This document shows, in pieces, positions 13,081 to 24,939 of a stretch of 64,000 bases of DNA. Source of the stretch: Eledone cirrhosa (taxonomy: Eukaryota); the NCBI GenBank assembly GCA_964016885.1, contig OZ024761.1, positions 15,748,001-15,812,000 of the forward strand, written 5' to 3'. A model generated the notes under the pieces. The model did not search any database, was not told the DNA's origin, and worked only from the letters and a program-made list of their open reading frames with translations. Each line of letters begins with the position of its first letter. Position 1 is the stretch's first letter. A program made the position numbers and the translations under genes.

Positions 13081-14468
13081 GTTGAGAATCGGCATGCAGG
13101 AGTTTTAACGAAAAAACAATTTAACCTAATAACAGAGAAAGCAGGCTTTGCTGACATCAATTTTTCTACATGCTACAAAGATCCTTTATATATATACCAG
13201 GTGCACTTTTCAAATCCTTTTTCTTATCATTTATACATATATATATTTCTATTTCAGGTACAGGGAAGAGGAGAACTGCTATGAAAAAACGTAAACTTGC
13301 AGAACAGGATGTCAGTACCGTTCCTAAGGTATGTGGTAATTACTAAGTTGTATGGTTCCGAAAGGAATCAAAGCAAATACCTAGTTCAAAGCTTTTCAAG
13401 CTGTTTTCTGAAGTTATGTGTAAAGGAGAGGAACTGATCATTATGTCGGACCTTGGAAATAATGTTTCCATTGGTCTTTCCATTACTAATGCTATTTGCC
13501 GGTTGCAACTCCCAGTAAAATGATGCAGTGGGGTTTAAATTCAAAACATATAGAGCTAGATCATCTTCATTATTATCATTGCTTTAACATCCACTTTCTC
13601 TGCTCGCAAGAGTACTGAAGCAGGACTATTGACCCCCTCAGGCAAGCTAAGGGTTTGTTATCTTACTTACACATTGTCTCACATTCTATCGAGTGTAGAA
13701 GAGAGGTTGTCATGTCTTTGACACAAATGAAATGTCCGCCTGACCTTAGATCAGATATCTACATGACCACTTTACAGCGTGGGCTGGGTGAAAGGGTTAA
13801 ATGACTTTCTTATTTGCCAAAAAAATCTGAGTGTTGTTTTCTATTTTGTTGAGCAGAAGCGGAGCACCAAGAAAATGCATGTGATCCCAGGTGCTGTGGA
13901 GCAAGTTGATGAACATAAAGTGATCTTACAACTGAAAGAAGAGAAGAAACTAGCTGAAATGATGATACCAAAGAAGAAGAAGAAACTCTATGACAAAATC
14001 ATGACCAGGAAGAAGAAGATTGCACAAGAGGTGAGTTTGGCAGTGTTGTCAAAATGTGTCGGGGGTGGGGTCACTACATACAGATTCTCATACACACACA
14101 CACACATTATATATATATCATTGTTATCACCACACACATACACACTATATATATATATCATTGTTATCACCACACACATACACACTATATATATGCAATA
14201 ATTCAAGGGTAAGAAATTGGCTAGACAAATGTATCCACATTATGCGTGTTTGTACAATTTTTTTTTTTATAAAATAAAGTACCAGTCATGCACTGGGGTC
14301 GATTTAATTGACTTTCCCCTCTTCCCCCCAAATTGCTGGCCTTGTGCCTAAATGAGAAACTATTATTGTTATTATTTCTTTTTTATCCAGACGAGGAAAC
14401 TGACGAAGAAGAGGGAAGCCATTGAGAACGAGAAGAAATCTGGTAAAACTGGCCGTCAGAAGAGATAG
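398..14468 (+). CDS. PES1: Pescadillo homolog (PeBoW complex, 60S ribosome biogenesis), complete 17-exon gene, 1803 nt CDS, about 600 aa
   Basis: Spliced translation [47 protein letters not shown]...[16 protein letters not shown]...[12 protein letters not shown]...[12 protein letters not shown]...SFGGEASW...[14 protein letters not shown]...LPPHLSPF matches the pescadillo N-terminal and BRCT motifs as I recall them. All introns are GT-AG and the phases sum to an intact frame. Confidence 0.97.
1215..1400 (+). mobile_element. tRNA-derived SINE family A
   Basis: A box TGGCAGCATCGG, B box GAGTTCAAATC, core CTTTGCCTTTCATCCTTACGGGGTCGATAAAAT, ATT tail; many copies (about 1100, 4640, 10710, 15225, 19785, 30115, 54260, 63315). 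Confidence 0.85.
1417..1750 (+). mobile_element. tRNA-derived SINE family B with CORE-like domain and RTE-type (GAT)n tail
   Basis: TGGCTTAGTGG A box, GAGTTCAATTC B box, CCTTGAGCAAGACACTT core; 3' end resembles the RTE 3' end at 49440-49607. Confidence 0.85.
1802..1881 (+). CDS. PES1: PES1 exon 2
   Basis: ttttcag|TATGAG...TTTAG|gtcagt; [26 protein letters not shown]. Confidence 0.95.
2377..2530 (+). CDS. PES1: PES1 exon 3
   Basis: ccacag|GCGA...TTTAAG|gtatgt; [16 protein letters not shown]...[12 protein letters not shown]. Confidence 0.95.
3047..3156 (+). CDS. PES1: PES1 exon 4
   Basis: gtccag|CAT...GAACG|gtagag; [13 protein letters not shown]. Confidence 0.93.
3853..3980 (+). CDS. PES1: PES1 exon 5
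   Basis: tttcag|TTAC...TTACAG|gtatga; [25 protein letters not shown]. Confidence 0.95.
4447..4490 (+). CDS. PES1: PES1 exon 6
   Basis: ttccag|TGGAA...AGAAAG|gttcgt; [14 protein letters not shown]. Confidence 0.93.
5132..5221 (+). CDS. PES1: PES1 exon 7
   Basis: ttgcag|GTG...AACAAT|gtaagt; [25 protein letters not shown]. Confidence 0.95.
5784..6112 (-). mobile_element. SINE family B, near-identical inverted partner of 1417-1750
   Basis: Reverse complement aligns over about 325 nt with few differences. Confidence 0.88.
6439..6555 (+). CDS. PES1: PES1 exon 8
   Basis: tgacag|TAT...CCCCAG|gtaaga; [15 protein letters not shown]...LYYPP. Confidence 0.95.
6732..6936 (+). mobile_element. piggyBac-type MITE
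   Basis: TTAA|CCCTTTAGCATTTA...TAAATGCTAAAGGG|TTAc terminal inverted repeats. Confidence 0.8.
7143..7217 (+). CDS. PES1: PES1 exon 9
   Basis: acacag|TTA...GAAGAG|gtaagt; phase 0/0, variable linker. Confidence 0.85.
7793..7873 (+). CDS. PES1: PES1 exon 10
   Basis: ttatag|CAA...GTTAAT|gtatgt; QLAAM...EEIDEFP. Confidence 0.9.
8580..9000 (-). mobile_element. Degraded RTE-clade LINE 3' fragments
   Basis: Remnant RT C-terminal peptides (LRWND-like, KIWRST...DLC...W). Confidence 0.45.
9169..9477. repeat. 93-bp tandem repeat, about 3.3 copies, in PES1 intron 10
   Basis: Unit starts at 9171, 9264, 9356, 9449. Confidence 0.92.
9501..9634 (+). CDS. PES1: PES1 exon 11 (start of BRCT domain)
   Basis: ctttag|CCT...ATTCG|gtaagt; [16 protein letters not shown]. 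Confidence 0.95.
10222..10347 (+). CDS. PES1: PES1 exon 12
   Basis: tctcag|ATCT...TCACG|gtatgt; SFGGEASW...ISHQIVDRP. Confidence 0.95.
11101..11273 (+). CDS. PES1: PES1 exon 13
   Basis: tttcag|TTAC...GGAAAG|gtatgt; [14 protein letters not shown]...LPPHLSPF. Confidence 0.95.
12021..12170 (+). CDS. PES1: PES1 exon 14 (acidic tract and basic cluster)
   Basis: tatcag|AAGAT...AGAAAC|gtaagc; poly-E/D then PPAKKK. Confidence 0.88.
12865..12913 (-). ncRNA. Type I minimal hammerhead ribozyme motif
   Basis: ACACCUU-CUGAUGA-GGAUC caauua GAUCC-GAAA-AU ca AUUA^AAGGUGU: intact core, 7-bp stem I, 5-bp stem II, very short stem III. Confidence 0.75.
13258..13328 (+). CDS. PES1: PES1 exon 15 (basic)
   Basis: tttcag|GTACA...CCTAAG|gtatgt; [17 protein letters not shown]; needed to restore phase 1 to phase 0. 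Confidence 0.82.
13857..14030 (+). CDS. PES1: PES1 exon 16
   Basis: gagcag|AAG...CAAGAG|gtgagt; [22 protein letters not shown]; NAGNAG acceptor makes the start uncertain by 3 nt. Confidence 0.9.
14391..14468 (+). CDS. PES1: PES1 exon 17 (terminal coding exon)
   Basis: atccag|ACG AGG AAA CTG...AGA TAG; [10 protein letters not shown]. Confidence 0.9.
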   Translation, partial: TRKLTKKREAIENEKKSGKTGRQKR

Positions 14469-14738
14469 AGAGCATAGTGGAAGAGAGAAGACGAGGTGGT
14501 GTGTACAGTGGAACGAGATGTCTGTCTTTCACTGTATACAGGTGGACATCGGAGAATGTGGAACAAGAAACAAGATATGTTTTCTGTATACAGCTGAACG
14601 AGAGAGATAAAGGTGTGGTGGGAGATGGCATAAAGTGCTGTGTACATTGAAGGACAGACATGATGACAGTAGTGGTGGTGATAATGGTTTGTGAGACAGA
14701 GATGATGAGGATGATGTATAACTATTTTATAATATATT

Positions 14739-14788
14739 AATAAAAAAAAAAAATGTATATTATAGTAAATATTAATAAAAAAAATAAA
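14739..14788 (+). terminator. Polyadenylation signal cluster of PES1
   Basis: Three AATAAA hexamers (14739, 14774, 14783) about 270-320 nt after the stop, followed by T/GT-rich sequence. Confidence 0.6.
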
Positions 14789-15061
14789 ACATGTCCAAAT
14801 CAGAATTTCTGTTTAGTTCTTTTATGATTATTGAATCCCCTTGATATTTCTCATACTGAGTTTTGCTCCAAACACCAGATTAATAATACTAAATTACTCC
14901 TGAAATTGATCCTGGTTCTATGATAGAAAATCGTTTACAGTGATACCTCAAAGTACAAGTTTAATTCGTTCCATGACCGAACTCGTTTTACAAATCAATT
15001 TTCCCTATTAAAATTAATGAGAATATAAATAATCTGTTGGAAAGTGGACTCCTTCACTCTG

Positions 15062-15403
15062 TAGCATTTAAACTGGCCATACCCAGCTAGAATTCTCTCA
15101 AACTGTTCAAACCGACCTCTCATACTGACATTGTTAAGTATTGTTAAATATCAAAATCTCGTACATTCAATATTATGTGAGATAAAGTGTTTACGTGAAA
15201 ATACAATAGTAAATATAGAGTAATTGCTTCTACTTTTGGCACAAGGCCAGCAATTATCCCAGTGTATTACTGGTACTTTATTTTATCGACCCCCGTAAGG
15301 ATGAAAGGCAAAGTTAACCTCGGCGGGATTTGAACTCAGAATGGCAAGGGCCGTAACTCGTCCGACCCTCTACCGATACTAGAGTAATGTGAATGCTAAA
15401 GGG
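15062..15403 (+). mobile_element. piggyBac-type MITE interrupted by a family A SINE (15225-15379, minus strand)
   Basis: TAGAGTAAT duplicated at 15216-15224 and 15380-15388 around the SINE. Confidence 0.8.
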
Positions 15404-16789
15404 TTAAAAGTGCAACTATGTATTCACAATGTCTGTTGGCTAAGTTGTTTATTTTAAAGCTGTTTATATGAGGTTAACATTGCCTTTCATCCTTCTGGGG
15501 TCGATAAATTACAGTACCTGTCAAGTACTGAGGTTAATATAATCAAATTTGCTGGCATTGTGATATCAATAGTACCAGTAATATACAATCCACCTTATGT
15601 CTAACAGAGATATAGTTATGTTTCAGATGACAGAAACCCATAAACCAACCAATTAAACGGACTTGGTGGTGGTTTTTGTTGTTTTCTGGGCTGGTTTAAT
15701 CCCTCTTAATGAATTTCAACAATGGTCATAGTGTGTGTATGTGTGTGGTTATATATATATATGTTTGAGTGTGAATCGTTAATTACAAAGGTTGTGTGTG
15801 TATGAGTGAATGTATGTATGTGTGTGTGTGTGTTTGAGTGTAAATTGTTAGATTACGAAGGTCATTGTGTATGTGTGTGAATTGTTAATTACGAAGGTCA
15901 TTGTGTATGCACACATATGTGTCCTGATCTTGTGTGAATGATTACACTCTTTAATTAAGGATTAGATCATTTAAAGTAGATTACCTGACTATATCTGGTT
16001 GCAATTAATGTGTACATTGCAGTCACTGCAGCTGCAACTTTGTAAACAAGGGAAAAAAACGCAATATGTGTGAAGTTGTCTGGCTTAGAGTGTTGGAGTT
16101 GCAAGTTCAATCCCTGGACAGAGTGATGTTTTATGTCCTTGAGCAAGACACTTTATTTCACATTGCTCTTTCTATCAGGAGTTGCGTCCAATAGATAGAA
16201 TCAGCATTGAATAACCCTAACCTCATCTGATTTTGCATGCTGACATGGTCTTTGGAGTAATGTTACTCGATAAAGTACGTAACTCAGAGATCAGAAATTC
16301 GCTCCAGGTAGAGCTGCTATTTTGGCGAATTGTCTGTGACCGAGTTCAGAAAATTGTCGCCAATAAATTCTATGTATTTTTATCCTGTCATATCAAGTGG
16401 TATATATTTAATTCTGTTTAACACCTATCAGTTTGATTACGCTTCTGAAATCTACTTTGTTGCAAGCTATCCTGCCAGCTCTATTGTTTGATGCCAGATG
16501 TGCTATTTCCAACACCAGCAATTCATAAGACGAGACTTCCTTATATTTATCCGTTCCATCAAAGGTTGTATCCACTCCCATTCATTTTCTAGTTAAGCCG
16601 TCAATACAATTAAGACACTACTAGCTTAACCGTTGTCTTCTCACAAAGCAAATCATGTGGATTTATAAGCAGACTTGAGTTCCTTTGCTTAAAATATATA
16701 TTAATAAAGGAAGTGTTTGGAACGCGGCGAGCGAATGCTAGAATCGAAATAGAAATTTAAGCTTTCGTCGTAATATTTTTTACTCTAAT

Positions 16790-17040
16790 ACTATGGATAT
16801 GTAGTTAGAATGTCTCAGGAAAAATCGCTGGACAGATTTTACGGGCAAAAACCAACCAGCAGGAGACCCAGGGGTAGACCCCAAGCAAGATGGTTGGATG
16901 ACATCCATGAGCTTGGGGATCCAGCCTGATCAGTTGGAGATGGTTGCTTCTGACAGGACCTGATGGAAGGAGTGTTTGAGGACTCTGCCCCCACGGCCCT
17001 CTCGGGAATAAGTGAGCGAAGAAGGAGACATGGATTGGAT
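16790..17040 (+). mobile_element. Degraded RTE LINE 3' end
   Basis: RRPRGRPQARWLDDI-like remnant; related copy on the minus strand at 61030-61260. Confidence 0.55.
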
Positions 17041-17770
17041 GAGATTTTTGTTTTTTACGTTGTCTATGAACTGATAACCTTGAAACCAGCCCTTGGGTAT
17101 AGTTATATACCCAATGAAATCATATCCGCTCTCTTGCTCTGGAACCCTGACTCCAGCCTGACTAGGAGTAGGAAGCTGTCATTCCCTGACGTTATCTCTA
17201 GGGATACGGGAATCAGCAGGCAGCGATGGGGGACAGGGGATTCTGGGGCAGCATGAGAGAGATCCATCATCTCGACAGTAGTCGACGAGTGATGATGTGA
17301 TGATAGTTATATATAGAGAGAGAGAAATTAAGCAAGCATGCTTCCATGAGTGTGCATGGACGAACTAATGGGATAAACTGGATTATAAGAGGAATTAGAT
17401 ATAGTATGAAAGAGAGAAGGGTATTAATATGGACATGTACTGTATATAAATGATGATCGCTGGATGAAGAAATGCTAAGAAGTCCCAATAGAGGACTTGA
17501 GCAGATATAAAGTGGTGATGATATAAGAGGGTGTGCTGAAAAGTTCATAGGCTGACTACAAAGGAGTGATGCTAGAACAGTAAAATCTTGCATGTATTAA
17601 TTTCAACTCTTATTAATAACCGCATTGTTTCTTTCCAGGGACTATGTTGAAAAATAAGCATCATTTGGTCATTTCATGAGAGTATCTTGGTATATATATA
17701 TAGGTTCAAGTGGGGGTAACCACAGTTAGTATATTAAGGTACTCAATACATTAATAGAGTGTAAACATCA

Positions 17771-17911
17771 AGTTTAATATAGCAATGGCTTCTACAGGAC
17801 TAGAATTGTTTCATTCAAAAGAAATCATCAGGAAAGCCCTGAAAGCTTTCCTGATGATTTCTTTTGAACGAAACAATTCTAGTCCTGTAGAAGCCATTGC
17901 TATATCAAACT
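17771..17911. repeat. Near-perfect fold-back (67-bp arms, 7-nt loop) carrying a hammerhead-like core
   Basis: Arms 17771-17837 and 17845-17911; each contains CTGATGA-TTTCTTTTGAAY-GAAAC. Confidence 0.85.
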
Positions 17912-18399
17912 TTATATATATATATATATATATATGCATGTGTCGAAACCATGGCAAAATATATAACACACGAGCAAGTCCTGATTCCCTGACTATGATG
18001 ACCTGTCCAACCTTTGCCAGAATGGAGAGTGAATATAAAATGATGTTGATGACAATGATACATCTTCTTTGACCTTCTTTGCCCCTAGAAAGTTCAAGTC
18101 CGGGCAAGATTGTTTGTGGAAAATCCATACCACCGATGTTGTTCAAGGGAAAGGCAATGACTGATACAGCTTGGCACCAGTGACACTGCAACTCATTTCT
18201 ACAGCTGAGTAAACTGGAGCAACGTGAAATAAAGTGACTTGCTCAAGGCACAACACATTGCCTGGTCTGAGAATCGAATGCACAACCTCATGATTGCATG
18301 CCCCATGATCAAACCACTAAGCCATGCTCCTTCACAATGATACAATGATACATATGAGTAAAGTAAACAAGAATATATGAAACATTCAAATTGATGAAT

Positions 18400-18572
18400 T
18401 ACCGTATTTCCCGGCGCCAAAGACGCTTCGTCCCTGAGGACACACCCTAATTTTGACAACCAAAAATTTGAAAAAAAATAATAAACAACCTTCGGCCTCC
18501 ACAACGCATGATAGATTTTTGAGACTTATTTTAGAAAAAAAGTAGTGTCTTCGATGCCCTGAAATATGGTAT
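18400..18572. mobile_element. Tc1/mariner (pogo/Tigger-like) MITE
   Basis: TA-CCGTATTTCCCGGCG...GCCCTGAAATATGG-TA imperfect terminal inverted repeats. Confidence 0.55.
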
Positions 18573-18859
18573 ATATAAAAGAGGAGGAAAGGAAATTAAT
18601 TTGTTTTTAAATTAACAGAATAAAAATTCAAATAACAAAAACACAACAGCAACAAAAACATCAACTCAAAGAACAAAAAAATATTAGTTTCTTTTTTAAA
18701 AAATCATTTTAATCTTATAAAATATCATCATGAACAACATGTACAACATAAATAAGATTTTTTTAAATATTCTTTTTCAAAAAACACAGTTAATTTTCAA
18801 AACATCAAACAACAACAATATATATATATATACTATATATATATATATATATATATATA

Positions 18860-18913
<54 letters not shown>

Positions 18914-19075
18914 TGAGTATTATTAGTGTGTGTTTACTTCATTCAAAGTTTTGCTGACAGTCTGCTTGTCACCATTAATAACAATTATTATATAGACTCT
19001 AATGAGCCCTAATTAATTGAGTGCATGTTTAGTGTGTTTATCATACACACCCATAAAGCAACCATTTATATATAC

Positions 19076-19117
<42 letters not shown>

Positions 19118-19745
19118 ATAATGAAGAATGTTTTTTTTCAAAGAGGAACAAAAGCACCACAGATAAATAAGCTACTCCATATGTCAGTAGAGAAGGAACA
19201 TATTTATCTCATATAGAAATGACTTCTACAGCACTAGAACTGTTTCATTCGTAGAGAATCATCATGAATGTCCCAGCTTTAGTCATGTAGAAGTCATTTC
19301 TATGTGAAATACATATGTATGAAGGCACGTGGCTGAGTGGTAAGAGAATTGAATTCGCAATTGTGAGGTTGTGAGTTTGATTCCTGGACCGGGCGATGCG
19401 TTATGTCCTTGGGCAAGACACTTTATTTCACATTGCTCCTTCTACCTGGAGTTGCGACCGATAGAGAGTATTAGCAATTGGAAAGACCAACGGAAACATT
19501 GTTTCTTCGGTCCGATCTAACAAAAGTCGATCGACTGTCGATATATATATATATATTTATACATATATACATATTTATATATGTATATAAGTATATTACC
19601 ACAACAGAAGTCCAACACGCTTTTGATTCCAGAGAGAGTCGGGCCAGAGCAATACAGATTGAACCTTGAGCTGATCAATAGCGAAACGTGTGTCACTACT
19701 CAATAAACGTAATGAAGACATAACAAATCGTTCTATACATTATTA

Positions 19746-19782
<37 letters not shown>

Positions 19783-19944
19783 GGTGGATTGGCAGTATCG
19801 GTAGAGGGTCGGGCGCCATGCTTTGAAGCATAGAGTTACCGAGGTTAACTTTGCCTTTCATCCTTACAGGGTCGATAAAATAAAGTATCAGTAATGCACT
19901 GGGATAATTGCTGGCCTTGTGCCAAAAGTAGAAACAATTATTAC

Positions 19945-20164
<220 letters not shown>

Positions 20165-20340
20165 GATATTAAACAAATGGAAACTATATTTATAAAACCA
20201 TATTTATTTCATTATACATATTTCGGGGATACCATATTAAAAATATGGCATGCCTTCTTCAGATAAAATACAATATATAAACAGTTTTATAAATAATTTT
20301 GACGTACCATAAATATTGATCAACTTTTATATATATATAT

Positions 20341-20373
<33 letters not shown>

Positions 20374-20674
20374 AATTATATATGTTGGAGAAGGAAGGAA
20401 GAGCAAAGAGCACAACACCAATCAATGGTTTCTGAGAATGGTGAGATGGAAGCAGGGATGGTAGGAAGGTATCCTCAAAACAGAGACCTGACCCAGATGT
20501 TTGCAACAGAGTGGACCCTGCTTTAGTGATCTAAGGGACATTGGGTAACATTTGGTAACATTTAACAGAGCAAAATTATGATTGCCATTGCCTCTATACC
20601 AGTAATTGGAACAGTTTCATTGGCTTTGTTGGGGTATGGTTTTTGAAGGACGTGTTTGAATTTATGTTAATGTA

Positions 20675-21065
20675 TGGCGTGGTAGGGTATGGTATTGTAA
20701 GGTGTGGTATGATGTGGTAAGGTGTGATATGGTATGGTGTGGTATGGTATACTATGGTGTGGTATGGTGAGGTGTGTTAGGGTATGGTAAGGTGTGGTGT
20801 GGTGTGGTATGGTATTGTATTGTAAGGTGTGGTTTGGTATGTTATAGTATGGTATACTATGGTGTGGTATGGTGAGGTGTGTTAGGGTATGGTGTGGTAT
20901 GGTATAGTATGGTATACTATGGTGTGGTATGGTGAGGTGTGTTATGGTATGGTGTGGTGTGGTATGGTATAGTATGGTATACTATGGTGTGGTATGGTGA
21001 GGTGTGTTATGGTATGGTAAGGTGTGGTGTGGTATTGTATGGTTTGGTGTGCTATGGTGTGGTGG
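20675..21065. repeat. (GGTAT/GGTGT)n pentanucleotide-based repeat
   Basis: Seen directly. Confidence 0.9.
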
Positions 21066-21215
21066 GTAGGGTTGATAGTAGAATAATGATTTACATTTGC
21101 TTGAGTTCGTGGAAAACATGGGTTCAGTTTCAATTTGTTTAGCTTCTAGTTAAGGTAACACACTTAGTTCATATATATATATATAATAAAAGTTTTTTCC
21201 TTATAGGCTTCTTAA

Positions 21216-21437
21216 CCCTTTAGCATTTACATTACTCTATATTTGCTATTGTATTTTCATGGTAAACACTTTATTTCACATAATTATCTCACATAATATT
21301 GAATCTATGAGATTTTGATATTGTTTATTTTGAGAACAATACCTTAACATCAGTGTGAGTGGCCAGTTACAGCCGGTTTGAATAGAAAGAGGTGAGAGAA
21401 TTCTGGCCGGAATATGGCTGGTTTAGATGCTAAAGGG
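21216..21437 (-). mobile_element. piggyBac-type MITE, full length
   Basis: TTAA on both sides; CCCTTTAGCAT terminal inverted repeats. Confidence 0.85.
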
Positions 21438-21519
21438 TTAAGAGGAAAAAATATTTTATTCATTTTTTTTTTTTGGCAACGCTGAGTATGACACAGTAAT
21501 GATGACAATGAGTAGGATA

Positions 21520-21558
<39 letters not shown>

Positions 21559-22942
21559 ATTGTGACAATGATAATGATGACAACGATGATGATGATGATG
21601 TTAAAACAATTAAATTAATACAATAAATATTGCTGTTTCTTTTTTTTGTTTGTTATCTTAAATATCAAGAACATTTTCTTTGATAGTTATATTTTTTTTC
21701 CTTTCTTTCTTTCTGGAAGAACAAAGATCACATAGAAAACTGGCAGTGGAAGCTAACAACATTTACAGGCACATTATTGCATTGTTTTTCCTTTTCCATC
21801 AGTATTGTTTCTGATATATGCCGAGAGTGTCTTCCTGACACCTAAGGCAAATAAATTCACTGCATACATTGGTAAGCCAGTTAAAACACCACATTGATTA
21901 TAATTTACAAGCTTTAAAAAAAATTTTTTTTTTAAATGTGTTCCTCCCTTCAAATGTGTCCCTTCCTTTGGCATCCTAGTGATAAATTAGAGAAATCATC
22001 TTTGGGTAGTTTCAGGATTGATGGGGGTACTCAAGTCGACCCTGGGTGGTTATCCCCCACAACCACCACCACCTATTGAGGAATTCTCATTGTTGTATTT
22101 TTATTGTTATTTTTGTTATTGTTATTTATATTTTTTACATGTTTTATATGTAAAACCCCCACTGTCCCTGTCTTTTGTATTGTCCCCTATATGTTGGCCC
22201 TTGTGGCCAATAAAGAAATTATTATTATTATTATTATTAAAAGTAAAAATAAAAATTAGAAATTGAAATTCAAAAAAATTAATAATTAGTATTATTATCA
22301 TTATTATTAAGAGGAATGTATTGATCAACTCGTTAAAGTATCCAATATATTCTGAGTTCAAATCACCCCAAGGTTAGCTTTGCCTTTCATCTTTACGGAG
22401 TCAATAAAATAAAATACCAGTAATGTATTCGGTTCAATTTAATCAACTTTCCCTTTCCCAAAATGTGTTGGCCTTGTGCCTAATTCTGAAACCATTATTA
22501 ATTATCATTGGTCAAATCATTAAAGTGTCCAATGTGTTTTGAGTTCAAATCTCACTGAGGTCACCTCTGCATTACATCTTTCTGGGCACAAAAAAAAAAA
22601 ATATATATATATAATTACTCATCAAATACTTGGGGTCGACCTCTGCGGGATTTGAACTCAGAGTGCAAAGAACTAGAACGAAGCACTCTATCGAACATTT
22701 TAAAGACTCTGCCAATTCAATGACTGTTTTGGTATTGTGTATTAGAACAGAACAAAATGAGAATGGTTTATAAATAAAGTCACTTGACCAGGTGTCCTCA
22801 TTCATTATTAAAGAGGTTGTGTCTATAATGGGAGGCAGGAAGGGGGCAAGGGGGCAATTTAATTGTTATTCGCTAATTAACCTCGTTTATACACACCTTA
22901 CTTCACTACTGGTACACATTTGCATTATTTATATCAGGTTAT

Positions 22943-23190
22943 CACACACACACATAAATACACACACATAAATACACACTCATACATAAATACACACACA
23001 TACATACACATACACACACATATTTACACACACACACACACACACATAAATACACACACGCATACTCACTCATACATAAACACACACACACATAAATACA
23101 CACACACATAAATACATATGCACACATAAATACACACATACATAAATACATACATACACACATTAAAAAATACATACATAAATACACACA
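22943..23190. repeat. (CA/TA)-rich microsatellite
   Basis: Seen directly. Confidence 0.9.
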
Positions 23191-23289
23191 TTAAAAAGTT
23201 GGTCGGAATTATTGGATATGTACAAATAATAGAATTTCCCACAATCCACAGCCCCTCACACCACTACCACTGAACTGGACTTTGTTTAA

Positions 23290-23522
23290 CCCTTTAGCAT
23301 TTACATTACTCTATATTTACTATAAAGAAATTATTATATTTTTCTCGGTAAACACTTTACCTCACATAATTATCTCACATAATATCGAATCTATGAGATT
23401 TTGATATTATTTATTTTGAGAATAATACCTTAACATCAGTATGAGTGGTCAGTTATGGCAGGTTTGAACAGAAAGAGGTGAAAGAATTCTGGCCAGATAC
23501 AGCCGGTTTAAATGCTAAAGGG
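23290..23522 (-). mobile_element. piggyBac-type MITE, full length
   Basis: TTAA|CCCTTTAGCATTTA...TAAATGCTAAAGGG|TTAA. Confidence 0.87.
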
Positions 23523-24428
23523 TTAATGAACCCCAGTAAAATGAAAGGTAAAGTTAACCTTGATGTGATTTGACCTCAGAGCCCAGAGAACAGGAATAAA
23601 AGCCACAAAACATTTAATCCAGATGAGGGCTCTGTAAGCAGTAGTGAAGGCAACCTGTCTAGAAGCGTAGTCATTCCAAATAAGAACTGATACAATGTGG
23701 AGAGAACTCTTGAGTCAAGTAAGACAACCTCACCAGTGCTGGGGGCATGAATAATGCATCCAGTCCACACTAGGAAAGTGGTTGGTGATAGGAAGGTTAT
23801 CCAGCCAGAAAAAAAACCCTGCCGAAATCATGGAAAAGCTTTTATATAAACAACTCTATGAATTCACTGCATTAATAATTATTTCTAACATTAGCACATT
23901 GGAAGGGAAATGTTGATTTTATTGACTCCAATAGTTAACTAGTATGCTGAAATGCTGTCTTAGTGCTCTGCCAATTAAATATAACCAGCCAAACTAGCAC
24001 TATATGCAAATGAGCATCTCCAGTAAATGATCATCATGCAAAATTCTATATAGACTATAGCTTATTTCATACCAGTACCATTTCAGGTGAGTGTCACTGA
24101 TGAAAGATTAACAAATCTTGAAACAGAGCTGTATGACATTCTCAAAATGTACTGGCAACTCTGATATATTCACAGAGGAAAATAGACAAACAAAACTTTT
24201 TCAATATAGACTTGGGAAGGATGAAAGGCAAAGTTAACCTCAATTGGATTTGAACTCAGTGTGTGCAGAGAGCCGGAACTCTGTCAATTTGACGCCTTAA
24301 TAATAATTATAATGTGTTAGTTATGGGGTTAAAAGACCCCAAAATAACAATAACAACGAGTGATTTCAGACATCTTACCTCTCCCTATAAAAGAATAAGG
24401 TGTGGAGACACTGGAGGCAGGGGATCCT

Positions 24429-24939
24429 TTCAAATAATTGTTTTTATATTGACAATAGCATTTGTGTGATGGCCGGCTTGGCCAGAATTGACGGTGATGT
24501 CTGTTCTTGTTGACTTCAAACAATTGTTTTTACGTCAACAATAGTGTTTGTGTGATGGCCCACTTGGCCCGAATTGACGGTGATGTCTGTCCTTGTTGAC
24601 TTCAAACAATTGTTTTTACGTCAACAATAGTGTTTGTGTGATGGCCCCCACTTGGCCCGAATTGACGGTGATGTCTGTCCTTGTTGACTTCAAACAATTG
24701 TTTTTACGTCAGCAATAGTGTTTGTGTGATGGCCCACTTGGCCCGAATTGACGGTGATGTCTGTTCTTGTTGACTTCAAACAATTGTTTTTACGTCAACA
24801 ATAGTGTTTGTGTGATGGCCCACTTGGCCCGAATTGACGGTGATGTCTGTCCTTGTTGACTTCAAACAATTGTTTTTACGTCAACAATAGTGTTTGTGTG
24901 ATGGCCCACTTGGCCCGAATTGACGGTGATGTCTGTCCC
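24429..24939. repeat. 86-bp tandem repeat, about 6 copies, spanning the stop codon of the minus-strand gene
   Basis: AATTGACGGTG recurs at 24486, 24572, 24660, 24746, 24832, 24918. Confidence 0.95.

Noticed and set aside
19660-19705. GCT...AGC-GAAAC-GTGT-GTC partial ribozyme pattern
   Set aside because: No CUGANGA core upstream; too degenerate to call
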